A DNA stretch of 64,000 nt, taken from positions 128,001-192,000 of the forward strand of contig CAWJQQ010000009.1 in NCBI GenBank assembly GCA_963845065.1, read 5' to 3'. The translations under genes were made by a program, and so were the position numbers. The notes under the pieces are model-generated. The model saw only the letters and a list, made by a program, of their open reading frames with translations. It made no database searches and was not told where the DNA came from. This DNA is from Nitrospirota bacterium. Lineage in GTDB: Bacteria > Nitrospirota > UBA9217. Each line of letters opens with the position of its first letter. The first letter of the stretch is position 1. Below are positions 29,772 to 40,155 of this stretch, one piece after another.

Positions 29772-30997
29772 TCAACATTCCTTCTACCTTCAAGATATCC
29801 TTACGCGCTCTTCGAGTGAACAAGATGCGTTCGGCCCTCACCATGCTAGGTATCATAATCGGCGTCGGTGCCGTGATCGCCATGGTCGCAGTCGGCACCG
29901 GCGCAAGCCAGCGAATAGCCGAACAGGTCTCGAGCATGGGAAGCAATCTTCTTATCATCATGCCGGGAACAATGACATCCGGAGGTGTGCGGTTGGGGGT
30001 AGGGACTCGGTCCACTCTCAACCTGGGTGACGCCGATGCTATCTCGAAGGAGTGCACCGCCGTAGCGGAAGTGGCGCCAAGCTTGGGAGGCGTGGCACAG
30101 ATCGTGTATGGACACCTGAACTGGTCAACTAACATAAACGGGACAACGCCTGCCATGCTGATCGCACGTGACTGGGATCTGAGCGTCGGCCGGTCCTTTA
30201 GCACTCAGGACGTGAATAACGCAACAAAGGTCTGTCTGCTCGGTCAGACCGTGGTGAACAACCTTTTCGGGGACCGGAATCCCGTAGGACAGACGATCAG
30301 GATCAAAAATGTTCCCTTTACAGTGCTTGGTGTTCTTGCAACTAAAGGGCAGGATGTGCAGGGATCGGACCAAGACGATACGATTATAATTCCCGTGACC
30401 ACGTCCCAGAAAAAGCTTTTCGGGACCCAGTTCCCGGGTATGGTGAAAATCATCATAGTCAAGGCAAAGGGCGCTGAAAGCCTGTCCACAGCTGAAAATC
30501 AAATAATGGATCTGCTCAGGCAGCGGCACCATATCGGTCAGAGACAAGACGCAGATTTCAACGTGCGGAACCTCACCCAGATCATGCAGGCTGCGGAACA
30601 GTCCACGCAAGTATTGACTATTCTGCTTGGGGCCATCGCGTCAGTCTCTCTCTTCGTCGGTGGAATCGGCATCATGAACATCATGCTCGTATCGGTGACC
30701 GAACGTACGCGCGAAATCGGAATCCGCATGGCCATCGGGGCAAAGACCTGGGACATTCGACTCCAGTTCATCATCGAGGCACTCACATTGTCGCTTATCG
30801 GCGGTATCATCGGGATTATTGTGGGAGTATCAATGTCTATACTTCTTTCATCCCTCTCAGGTTGGCCAACTGTTGTTTCGCCTGTCTCCATCATTCTGGC
30901 TTTCGGTTTTTCTGGGTTTATCGGTGTCTTCTTTGGTTTTTATCCAGCCTACAAGGCCTCGCTGTTGAATCCAATTGATGCCTTGCGGTACGAATAG
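29768..30997 (+). CDS. MacB/FtsX-like ABC transporter permease
   Basis: ALRVNKMRSALTMLGIIIGVGAV, GGIGIMNIMLVSVTERTREIGIRMAIGA, NPIDALRYE. Confidence 0.95.
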   Translation: MINIPSTFKISLRALRVNKMRSALTMLGIIIGVGAVIAMVAVGTGASQRIAEQVSSMGSNLLIIMPGTMTSGGVRLGVGTRSTLNLGDADAISKECTAVAEVAPSLGGVAQIVYGHLNWSTNINGTTPAMLIARDWDLSVGRSFSTQDVNNATKVCLLGQTVVNNLFGDRNPVGQTIRIKNVPFTVLGVLATKGQDVQGSDQDDTIIIPVTTSQKKLFGTQFPGMVKIIIVKAKGAESLSTAENQIMDLLRQRHHIGQRQDADFNVRNLTQIMQAAEQSTQVLTILLGAIASVSLFVGGIGIMNIMLVSVTERTREIGIRMAIGAKTWDIRLQFIIEALTLSLIGGIIGIIVGVSMSILLSSLSGWPTVVSPVSIILAFGFSGFIGVFFGFYPAYKASLLNPIDALRYE

Positions 30998-31248
30998 GGT
31001 TCTTTGGCTCGACAAAATACTGAAAATCCTCTACTATTGTTCGCAGCACGGCTTATGGATGATCTCAATACAATTCTCAATCAGATCCGAAAACGGCTCC
31101 CGAAGCTAAACACGTCGCTGTGAATGCGCATGGTAGGAATCAGCGTCTCGGATAACATCCAATTCAAGGAACAAGATCTGACGCTAAAGGTTCTCCCGCC
31201 AAACCCATAATGGTCCACGTTTCGATAATCCTGGCCATATGGTTCTCT

Positions 31249-31812
31249 TCACTTAAACGGTTCGTAGCAGAGAAAGACTTTCCCGTTGCGGAAGGTCTTC
31301 GATTTTGTCAGTTTCAGGTTTAATTTTTCCTTGATTCCGTCGAACATTGTTCGCCCCCCGCCGAGAGCAATTGGATTCACTACAATCTGATATTCATCAA
31401 TTACGTCTTCCTCTGCTAATTGGGCAACAATGCTTCCGCTCCCTAAAATTGCCATTCCCTCGCCAGGCTCTTTCTTCATCTTTCGTATTTCCGATACCAG
31501 ATCTCCTTTCACAAGTCTCGTGTTGTTCCAGGAGGCTTTCTTCATTGTTCTCGAAAACACGATCTTTGGACCGTTGTTCATTCGTTCAGCTACAATGGGA
31601 AGATTTTCGAGTGCCTGCGGGGTTGGCCAGAAGCTTGCCATGAGCTCATAGGTGACTCTACCGAAAAGCAAGACGCCGCCCCCTTTTGCATTTTCTGATG
31701 CAAACGCATTGAACTCCTCATCATTGTCATTCTTGGCCCAACTCATGTCGCCGTTCTTATCAACAAAGTAACCATCCAATGACATATGCTGGAAAACCAA
31801 TAATTTTTTCAT
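31249..31812 (-). CDS. Dihydrofolate reductase-like / RibD C-terminal domain protein
   Basis: MSLDGYF, LLFGRVTYE, KIVFSRT, ILGSGSI, DEYQIVVNPIALGGG. Confidence 0.9.
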   Translation of the reverse strand: MKKLLVFQHMSLDGYFVDKNGDMSWAKNDNDEEFNAFASENAKGGGVLLFGRVTYELMASFWPTPQALENLPIVAERMNNGPKIVFSRTMKKASWNNTRLVKGDLVSEIRKMKKEPGEGMAILGSGSIVAQLAEEDVIDEYQIVVNPIALGGGRTMFDGIKEKLNLKLTKSKTFRNGKVFLCYEPFK

Positions 31813-32283
31813 GTTCTCACTTTTGACCCTGTTTCTGGCAGGCATTTATTATTGCAGCCGTTTTAATAATTGTAAAAAAACCGACAAGCCTGTAAGTAAG
31901 AAAATCCTACCTGGTCAAACTACTTGGAGTTCAAGGATCTCTTCTGACATATTGCGGGTAGTTCGATACCCAAGCGCGTTGACGTTGTCTGATTAGAGCC
32001 ACTCGGCTGTCCTTTACGACCCCATACCCGTCTAGCCATTGTGGTTTATTATTGCCAAAAGGGAAAGGAATTTCAATTATTTATTGGGTTTGCTTTCACG
32101 AATTCGAAATGCATTCTGAAATCTCCTAAAGATGAAACTGTCGCAGACTTTAGAAAGGATACTGCACTGCATGTTTCAACCGAAATTTATCACATCATCC
32201 AAATTATTAAAGCTCTGAGGTCCACCTACAAGTTCGTATGATGAAGAAGAAAAATATTTATCGATTACCGGTAGAAGTTTACA

Positions 32284-32349
32284 CTAGAACGCGGGCGGTG
32301 AGCCGCCACAACGCGCCAGCGCAAGGTCGGCTCTACCGCCTTGTTGTGC
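32284..32349 (-). repeat. Integron attC-type site
   Basis: Minus strand GCACAAC-aaggc-GGT(A)GAGCCG...CGGCTCACC-gcccgc-GTTCTAG. The cassette start GTTGTGC (32926-32932) is the exact complement of R'' GCACAAC. Confidence 0.8.
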
Positions 32350-32430
32350 GTCTTAATTTCTTTGGTTTGTTAGTTTATTTTAGTTTTTAACCTACTCGAC
32401 CCCTCGAGTCAGTGAGAAAAAGCTATAGCT

Positions 32431-32850
32431 TCATGTCTTTTTACTTTTGTGTACTTTCGCTCGAGTACCCGCAGGCGCTTTCTTCTTCAATTTGGCACGA
32501 TTGTAATCAACAGCGGCACGGACGAGATTTTTTAAAGCACGCTCATTAATCTTATCGCCCTCGAAAAAATCGATCGCTCGTCTCGCATTGCCTTCGAGGC
32601 CCGCGTTGAAGAGTTTGTCAGGATCTGGGAGGCTCGCCCCGTGGGAAAAGGTAAGCTTCACCTTCTCTTTGTGGGCGTTGGCGACCGCGATTATTCCGTT
32701 GTGAGACCACACTGGGCTTCCCATCCACTTCCATTCCTCGATTATCTCCTGGTCGGCCTCAAGGATGCTCTTGCGGATGCTGGCGAACGTTTTGCCACGC
32801 CAGTCTGTGAGTTCTGCGATCAGCTGGTCAATACGTTCCGATGGATTCAT
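32431..32850 (-). CDS. DUF1801 (YdhG-like) protein, gene cassette
   Basis: IDQLIAELTDWRG...EEWKWMGSPVWSHNG...VKLTF...LPDPDKLFNAGLEGNARRAID. Confidence 0.88.
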   Translation of the reverse strand: MNPSERIDQLIAELTDWRGKTFASIRKSILEADQEIIEEWKWMGSPVWSHNGIIAVANAHKEKVKLTFSHGASLPDPDKLFNAGLEGNARRAIDFFEGDKINERALKNLVRAAVDYNRAKLKKKAPAGTRAKVHKSKKT

Positions 32851-33312
32851 AGGACCTTTATGCCTTCCTTTTCAGTTTTTTGATCGAAGTAGCTTTTAAA
32901 TTATCCTTTTCTTTGCCTTGGGGCAGCACAACAATTGATTGAGTAGTTTTCGGTATTATAGCATAATATTATTTCAGGTGGCACATGAATTATTTCATGC
33001 TTATATAAAAATCAAATATAACAAACTGATGCAATTCGCTCAACATACAAGTATTAATGCTTGAGGACTTTTCGGTCAATTCCTATGACACTTATCCGCC
33101 GTGCTGTTTTCGTGATGAAGTATGGATCGTTCCGAAGAACGGCAACTCCAATGATACAGGATGGAGTCGTTGACAGAAAACTTTTATCACAAAATACAAT
33201 GATACAAAATGAATTCTGCACCTTCACTAATATTATATGAAACTCGGCTTCACCTACCAGCTTGGAGCGGTGTTGACTAAAAATCAATGCAAACTACGAC
33301 TTGGAAAGTACA

Positions 33313-33372
33313 TGTGAACACCAAAGCTAAAGCGCGCTATTTTTTGGCGTCGCATTGAGTGACTGGTTAGCC
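33313..33372 (-). repeat. Integron attC-type site
   Basis: Minus strand GGCTAAC-cagtc-ACTCAATGCGACGCC-aaaaaata-GCGCGCTTTAGC-tttggt-GTTCACA; 60 bp, aadA-attC-like layout. Confidence 0.8.
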
Positions 33373-33839
33373 TCTGAAAACTTCTCATTATATAGTTTTT
33401 TAAGTAATTCAGTTCTCTTTTTATTAACACCCGCATCACCATAACCGACTCTGGACGCTGAGCGAATATGGATCACTTTTTGAATCGAATCGATTCTAAT
33501 TTCAAAATCATCCACGAATCCAAAAATTGACGACGAAAACGTAGATGCAATGTAGTTTTCACTTTCAGCATAAATGGTACCTCCCATATATCGAATTACA
33601 TTTTTTAGAATGGTCAATGTATCAAACTTGATGTTTTGAGGAATAATTATGGGGTCAATATAGTGATTGACATCATCTTTTTGCTCACTGCAAACGCAAT
33701 TAGGCTTATTTGGGCATTTTGATAGAGTCCCTTCGACCAATCCAGAGGCTTTTCCCAACTTAGAAATTATCCCAAGAATGAAAAATAAAACAATGAAGGT
33801 GACGATTGCAAAGGCTAAAAAGATTAAAGCGATTTTCAT
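33327..33839 (-). CDS. DUF1499 family protein, gene cassette (ORF reads into attC)
   Basis: CPNKPNCVCS, FGFVDDFE, IHIRSASRVGYGDAGVNKKR. Confidence 0.88.
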   Translation of the reverse strand: MKIALIFLAFAIVTFIVLFFILGIISKLGKASGLVEGTLSKCPNKPNCVCSEQKDDVNHYIDPIIIPQNIKFDTLTILKNVIRYMGGTIYAESENYIASTFSSSIFGFVDDFEIRIDSIQKVIHIRSASRVGYGDAGVNKKRTELLKKLYNEKFSEANQSLNATPKNSAL

Positions 33840-33857
33840 ATGCGGTCCTCATTAAAA

Positions 33858-33917
33858 GGCTGATGCGGGGCTGAGCCATGGCCCGTAGCGTCATCCGTTT
33901 TGAGCCCCTGGTTCTTC
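33858..33917 (-). repeat. Integron attC-type site (R' degenerate)
   Basis: Minus strand GAAGAAC-caggg-GCTCAAAA...GGCTCAGC-cccgc-ATCAGCC. ATCAGCC is a 2-nt variant of GTTAGCC, the complement of the next cassette's R'' GGCTAAC. Confidence 0.7.
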
Positions 33918-34053
33918 CGGCGCGCGGTTTTCGCGCTGGGATAGGGCTCCTCCCCAGGTCCTAGCGCAGGCCGGATTGCCGTAATAGCTCCGATAGGCTC
34001 CCCCAGTTTGGCATCTCGCTCAAAACCTACTGCAGTGGTTAGAAACTCCGGCA

Positions 34054-34551
34054 TCACTTATGTGAAAGAGCAGTCAGGATCTCGACCAAGTGGTCGATGT
34101 GAAACTGGACGTGGTACTTGCCCAGCCCATTGATCATCCCATCAAGAGTTGGGTATTCGCCCAACGGAGAATCTTTCAGCTTTGGAATATGCGCTTTCCT
34201 TCCCAGTTGATCATCGGTTAATTCCTCAGCGAAGTTGGCCACACTTTGGTAATTCCTCTCGCACTCCGCGACAAGTTCGATGAGGCTCATGCGTGCCCGA
34301 TTTTCGGTAAAGAACGGATTCTCCGTATCGAGATCTATCATAGGGGTATCGCTGTCGACAAAGGCCCTGACGATCGGCAGGTGTCCCACACCCTCGGGAC
34401 CGCAAAGGTGGGAAAGAATCTGCTTGGGTGACCATCTGTCCTTCGGAGCACGCAAGGCCAGATTCTCGTCCACTCCTTGGCATACCTGTTTCAAGGCTTC
34501 TACTTTCTGCCGGATGTCTTGCGCCAACTGGTTCCCACGTGAAGTTGCCAT
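34054..34551 (-). CDS. DinB family protein
   Basis: RWSPKQILSHL...HVQFHIDHL His triad pattern; AGGAGG RBS. Confidence 0.85.
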   Translation of the reverse strand: MATSRGNQLAQDIRQKVEALKQVCQGVDENLALRAPKDRWSPKQILSHLCGPEGVGHLPIVRAFVDSDTPMIDLDTENPFFTENRARMSLIELVAECERNYQSVANFAEELTDDQLGRKAHIPKLKDSPLGEYPTLDGMINGLGKYHVQFHIDHLVEILTALSHK

Positions 34552-34702
34552 GGTGTAACCTCCTTAGCCACATTGAGGCCCCGCCCCCTCGATATGGCAC
34601 AAAATATTATTGATACAGCAATGTTGAGGTTGGCTAATGGCGCCCGTATATTTTAGGTGGCGCTGAAAAATACGACTTCTAGCTTTATGTGTTCGGACAG
34701 GC

Positions 34703-35449
34703 TCAGCGCCTGCCAGTTCTAAGGTCGTCCGAATACCCGGCCTTCAGGCGGGACCACTGGGCGATAGGACGTCCATCATTACGATAATTGTGCTCGCCTT
34801 TCGGCCGTTGCGGCCAGCCGGTCGGCGAGTCCTCCCACCTCTCCTGCCGCCCGTAGACGGTCAAGTCGAGCAACCGATAGCTGTTATCCATCGCCTCGAC
34901 GCCGCGCCCATTCGTCCAGTAAGTCTCATAGACATTGGATCCTTGTCGCAGGTAACAAACGAGGTGAAACATGCCCACCCGGCGTCCAACCAATAGAGTA
35001 TCGAGCGAGTCCCGGGCCGAGTACCAAGGCATCTCCCAGCCCATGAAGTCGCGGTACCGGGCGCTCTCTTCGTAGGGTCCCTGGCAAAACGTGGCGTAAG
35101 TTACGTCGCGAGAATGAATAAAGGACAGCTCGCAGACCTGCGATGTATAGAAGGTGCACCCTTCGCACTGCTCCGCGGCAGAGTGGCCGGTGTGCCACAT
35201 GAAGTAGTAGGCGATGAGCATCCGACGGCCCTCAAACGTGTCCAATAGTGTCACCGCGCCACGTTCGCCAATGAGCGGTGTCGCACCATCCACTTCGACC
35301 ATGGGGAGGCGCCGGCGGGCGGCCGCAATCGCGTCGCCCTCTCTTGTGTGAGCCTTCTCCCGAACCCGCAATGCGTCCAGCTCGGCCTGGAAGGTGCTCC
35401 GATCGACTACCTTAGGGGCTCCAAGTTCATCTCTCATGCTGTTTTTCAT
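34703..35449 (-). CDS. DUF899 family thioredoxin-like protein
   Basis: REKAHTREGDAIAAARRRLPMV, FEGRRMLIAYYFMW, CEGC, LDLTVYGRQERWEDSPTGWPQ. Confidence 0.88.
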   Translation of the reverse strand: MKNSMRDELGAPKVVDRSTFQAELDALRVREKAHTREGDAIAAARRRLPMVEVDGATPLIGERGAVTLLDTFEGRRMLIAYYFMWHTGHSAAEQCEGCTFYTSQVCELSFIHSRDVTYATFCQGPYEESARYRDFMGWEMPWYSARDSLDTLLVGRRVGMFHLVCYLRQGSNVYETYWTNGRGVEAMDNSYRLLDLTVYGRQERWEDSPTGWPQRPKGEHNYRNDGRPIAQWSRLKAGYSDDLRTGRR

Positions 35450-35782
35450 CGTTCTCTCCTTTGCTAACCTCGGTCACGCTTTCGCCTCTGCGTCGAGCTT
35501 TCCGCCGGATTCTTTATTGCCAGCACTGTCACCGCGAAGGCAATTCTTGCATTTGATGCGAATCCAGCAGGCGCACTTCGGCAGTAACGGTCCTGCGGTT
35601 TCGTTTCGCCCATCGGCATATGCCTCCGAGCGGGGCGATGATGATTTTCCTCATTTGGGTCAAGTATTCGACGGCAACGGCCGTCGATCCCGTCACGCGC
35701 CTAGTGACTAGCTGCACCGCGAAGCGAGGAAAGCACCGTCTGACGAACGGTGCCTCCTCTGCCATCAAGCCTTCGTATCGAT

Positions 35783-36790
35783 TCATATTTCGATGCAGAT
35801 TTTTCCGAAATGCGCACCGCTCGCCTCGTAACGAAACGCCTCGATCAGGTCTTGTAGAGGAAAGGTCTTATTGATGACCGGCTTCATGTCATTGGCATCC
35901 AGAGCGCGAATCATCTCAATCTGCTGCTGGCGGCTTCCGACTTGCATCCCCTGAAGCCTCGCTTGTCGAGTCAACAGCGCCGCGGTCGGAATCGGACCGG
36001 AGAAACCCGTCAAGACGCCGATGAACTCGATATGCCCGCCGATGCGGCACGCGCTGATCGACTGCGGCAGAGTATCCGGACCGCCCACTTCGATGACATG
36101 ATCAACGCCACGTCCGTCGGTCAGGTCTAAAACCTGATCTGCCCAGTTTGGATACTGCTTGTAGTTGATCGTATGGTAAGCGCCCAGAGCGCGTGCGCGA
36201 GCCAGTTTTTCATCTGATGACGAAGTGACGATCGTCAATGCGCCCATCATTTTTGCGAACTGCAGGGCGAACATCGACACACCGCCCGTGCCCAAAGTCA
36301 ATACCGTCTCGCCGGCTTTCAAAGGACCATCACTGACAAGTGCGCGCCACGCCGTAAGACCGGCGGTGGGCAAAGTCGCCGCTTCGGTATAGCTGTAATT
36401 CTTAGGCACGCGAGTGAACCAATTCGCCGGCCGCACCACCCTCTCCCGCGCATACCCATCCAAGCTATCACCGGGAGTCTTGGCGATCCTGGATGATTCG
36501 GCTTCGCCGTTTTGCCACTCGGGAAAAAAACAGGAGACGACGTGATCGCCCACGGCAAACTCGCTGACGCCTTCCCCGATCCTTTCGACAATTCCCGCTC
36601 CATCGGTCAACGGGATGAGTCCGTCTGGGGTTGGAATTTTCCCAAGCGCGACCAGATAATCATGATAGTTCAGCGAGCTGGCGTGCAGCCGCACCTGGAT
36701 TTCGCCCTCCTGCGGCGCACCAGGCTCAACCATCTCGACCATCGTCAGGCGCTCGAGCCCACCGGAGCCTTTGAGTTTTATTGCTTTCAT
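35783..36790 (-). CDS. NAD(P)-dependent medium-chain dehydrogenase/reductase (zinc-type ADH-like)
   Basis: ASSLNYHD, DGAG, EAATLPTAGLTAW, GTGGVS, GVDHVIEVGG, HFGKI. Confidence 0.92.
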   Translation of the reverse strand: MKAIKLKGSGGLERLTMVEMVEPGAPQEGEIQVRLHASSLNYHDYLVALGKIPTPDGLIPLTDGAGIVERIGEGVSEFAVGDHVVSCFFPEWQNGEAESSRIAKTPGDSLDGYARERVVRPANWFTRVPKNYSYTEAATLPTAGLTAWRALVSDGPLKAGETVLTLGTGGVSMFALQFAKMMGALTIVTSSSDEKLARARALGAYHTINYKQYPNWADQVLDLTDGRGVDHVIEVGGPDTLPQSISACRIGGHIEFIGVLTGFSGPIPTAALLTRQARLQGMQVGSRQQQIEMIRALDANDMKPVINKTFPLQDLIEAFRYEASGAHFGKICIEI

Positions 36791-37634
36791 AAGGTGTCTC
36801 TCCTATGGAAATGGTTAGGATGAGCAGCGACCTTAGGTTAAAAAAAGATGTCGAACTGTCTCAGGCCGCATATCTCAAGTTTCATCCAGTGTTCAATATA
36901 TTAGTAAGCTCCGTATTAAACGTAATATATCACGGATTTTTCATATTATCCTCCCGTTTTGCATGTATAAAGAGCGACGCAAATCACTTATTGACCTCCT
37001 TTTTAGTTTCAATCGTCTATATTGGGATAGTACCAGAGACCTTGCAGCTGTCAATTTTGTCCATTTTGAGGTTGCCGGGAATCGCGAGACAGCCTGAGAA
37101 GTAAAAAGCAACGTCCATCTCTTGTTTGAGTTGCCAGCGTCAGGCAGCTGGTTCCAATTGTTTGAGCTTACTTACTAGCTCTGCCTCATCAGCCTCTTGT
37201 TTATATTTGCTTCCTTCCAACATCAATTCTCTTTCGGTGATCCCTACTATGGGTTTCTCTACTAGTTAAAATATAGCTTAAATCAGACGGTTAAGATTAA
37301 TAAATTCGATGAGAAGTATGGATTGATAACAGATGGCCAGGTTGAGACCTTCAGGATGGAGTTTTTGACAGAAAACTTTATCACAAAATATGAGCGTCTG
37401 CATATTTGATGCATTCTATATATGCCTGCTTCCGTTGGTCATCCGAATCTAAATCATATTTTTAAATGAGTTAAGCTCTTTTTCATAGTTCATCTGCGGA
37501 CCCTCTGATAACAATATTTAGTGCTAATGGTCACGGAATTAAAGTACAATCCGGTATTCGGCGGGAAAAAACTACAGGAAGCAATAAGCGTCTTTATAAC
37601 AGCCTAGTCAATATAATATGCAATTTATCATTGT

Positions 37635-38411
37635 TTATTCAATGGGGAATGAGATTCCAGATAAACGTTCACATTCTGAAAGATATCTTTCCTGAATAGA
37701 GGCATCTGCAGCTGACGGGTGAAAATTCCGAAGTTTTTGATGATAAAAATATTTCCCTGAGACCAAAGCTTCTTTTTCTTGGCTAGTGGCGAGCCAAACC
37801 TGCGTCTTAGGTCCCTCCTCAAGGCTATCAGGTGCGCTCTTTCCACCCATTTTAGTAGCTACCCAACCAGGTTCCAGTGCATTGGATAGCACGTTGGGCC
37901 ATTTCCGCGCAACAGCAAAGGCAAGGATGACATTATGTAATTTAGAATCGGCGTAAGCGCTAGATCCATCCCATGGCCGGGTGTTCCATGTCAAATCTTT
38001 CAAGGTGGGGTCACCACTTCGATGCATTCCTGAACTAGTATATATCAAGCGTTTGGGCTTTATAATTAGGCATGTCAGAATATATGGGGCTAATGAATTT
38101 ACGGCAAAGACCTGCGGTAAGCCATCAATAGTCTGGATACGATGAGATTCGCGATAGCCAACACCTGCATTATAGATAATGGCATCAAATAAGCCTAGTC
38201 CATTTACCTGTTCTGCAACGTGTTTAGCTTCCGATATACTGGATAGATCACCGAATACTGCTGCTTCAGCTCCGGGTACACCAATTAATGCTTCTTTAGA
38301 TCGACTTTGATTACGGGCATGCAATACTACCTTGTGGCTATTTGCAACCAGTAACCGTGCAGCCATTCTACCTAGTCCATCGGCAGAACCTGTAATGAAT
38401 ATTCTTGCCAT
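37635..38411 (-). CDS. Short-chain dehydrogenase/reductase
   Basis: ITGSADGLG, YNAG, YADSK, PGWVATKMGG. Confidence 0.92.
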   Translation of the reverse strand: MARIFITGSADGLGRMAARLLVANSHKVVLHARNQSRSKEALIGVPGAEAAVFGDLSSISEAKHVAEQVNGLGLFDAIIYNAGVGYRESHRIQTIDGLPQVFAVNSLAPYILTCLIIKPKRLIYTSSGMHRSGDPTLKDLTWNTRPWDGSSAYADSKLHNVILAFAVARKWPNVLSNALEPGWVATKMGGKSAPDSLEEGPKTQVWLATSQEKEALVSGKYFYHQKLRNFHPSAADASIQERYLSECERLSGISFPIE

Positions 38412-38534
38412 AATAATCCTGTGTTATTAAGATAATCAAAAAGTCATGCATTAATAACGAAATGAAATAAGTAAAATGATAATAACATAATTTTACCTAT
38501 CCCAGCGTAATAGATTGTATCCCATTTAAAGTAT

Positions 38535-38804
38535 TCACGTGGGAAACCTCTTGGCAGCGCGTGCTCGTGCCTTGATGGCCTCTTCTGTGCGGTTTCTCGG
38601 TGCTGCGTCTGTCTGAAGCGAACTTAGAAGGTTTCTAGAAATCCTGGCTACGTCGTCAACAGCCATAAGGAAAGCAGCTTCGTTGATTTTCGATGGCTTG
38701 TTAAAGCCGCTCACTTTTCTAACAAATTGTAGTGCGGCCGCACGAACCTCTTCGTTTGTCACAGGTGGTTCGAAATTAAATAGAGTTTTGATATTTCTGC
38801 ACAC
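38535..38804 (-). CDS. DUF2277 family protein
   Basis: (M)CRNIKTLFNFEPPVTNEEVRAAALQFVRKVSGF; GTG start after GGAGG. Confidence 0.85.
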   Translation of the reverse strand: MCRNIKTLFNFEPPVTNEEVRAAALQFVRKVSGFNKPSKINEAAFLMAVDDVARISRNLLSSLQTDAAPRNRTEEAIKARARAAKRFPT

Positions 38805-39107
38805 AATCAATACCTCCACATGTCAGAGTTATCTCGTTGGAAGTGAATGTCGAACAAGATATCCTGTAAGAGACTGTGCATTTTAATAAGATAAAATTTA
38901 GAGCCATGATTGATGCAGAAAAGGAATATAACGAGAGATTTGATAAATTTTGTTTGTCACATGTTTTCGACATATCAAGTTCCGTAGATCGGGTAAAGTA
39001 TAATACTACCCAAAGGATTTTGTTGGGATTCACAACATGTCACCTATTGTTAGTATCATCCTTTAGATTCACTTTGTTCTACTCGACCAATTTTAAGAAA
39101 CGTGATC

Positions 39108-39551
39108 TTATCTGTAATAGCCGCGGTGCCAATACCCATACCCGGGGTGTGTGAGCGCCAGAATCAACGCGAGGATGATGGCCACCAGGAGGAGAAATAG
39201 CAAAACCGCAGCCCCCCCGTCTCCGCCCGCCTGGAGCGCGTCCGTGTGAGTCGCGAGCTGATGAATCTGCTCGTCCGAAAGCTTGTTCAGCCGCGCCATG
39301 GTCTCCTCGGGGGATAGCCCATAGTCCATAAGCTTTTGCCGGAGTATCTTCGATTCAAGTGCCGTCTGGACCTTAGTCATATCTGCCGCCCGGCTCGCAG
39401 AGACCGCGGTTGCCTCGTTCATATTCTGATGAGGTGCGGCAGGGACGAACATGGCCTCGGCTGGTCCGGCGAAGGTCGATATCGCAAGCAGCGCTATTAT
39501 TAGATAGATCACGAGCGGTTTTGTATAGAACTTCTTGAGTATGGTTTTCAT
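39108..39551 (-). CDS. PA2779 family exported protein
   Basis: Signal peptide; LMDYGLSPEE...RLNKLSDEQIHQLA...QAGG followed by a hydrophobic tail; GGAGGTG RBS. Confidence 0.8.
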   Translation of the reverse strand: MKTILKKFYTKPLVIYLIIALLAISTFAGPAEAMFVPAAPHQNMNEATAVSASRAADMTKVQTALESKILRQKLMDYGLSPEETMARLNKLSDEQIHQLATHTDALQAGGDGGAAVLLFLLLVAIILALILALTHPGYGYWHRGYYR

Positions 39552-40155
39552 ATGTTGGTCACCTCCTGTTTCATTTAAAACCTCGTTATTACCTGATCAT
39601 AAATTTTTGTCCTGTGGCCTTTAGAACCACACCCAGAACAGTCGTGGAGAACAACGACCGAGGTTCTTATCAACGGCGCGTCGACGTAAACACCGTCGCG
39701 CTTCTAGCTGTTGTGGCGCTCCAGCACGGAAAAAGTTGTCTCGTTCCCGCCGCTTTGCGAAGTACGGGTATCCGAAGTACTGTAGTTACAGCTCCCCACA
39801 ATCGACGGCAGGCATAGCGGCGAGATTGAAAAGCGCAATGCGTATGGTCATGCCTGAATTCCTAAATAATTATAGCGCGTTTTTACAGGGTGTTGACGAA
39901 TTCAGCCTGTAACTTGAAGTATTTTGAAAAATGGTAACTTGGTTTGATTCAGGATGCTAATCGAGCCGCATGATTCATCAGCAAGTCTATACATCATTTT
40001 TACTTATGTCGATATCAAAATCTCCTACAAGTGTGCTACGGCGACCCATAAATATAAGATGCAGAATACCGGCTAGAAACTTGCACATGAAATCACTATT
40101 TGTGCCCCTTAACAACCCTTTCGATATACAAGTATCAAGTCTGATTTTAAAAGCT

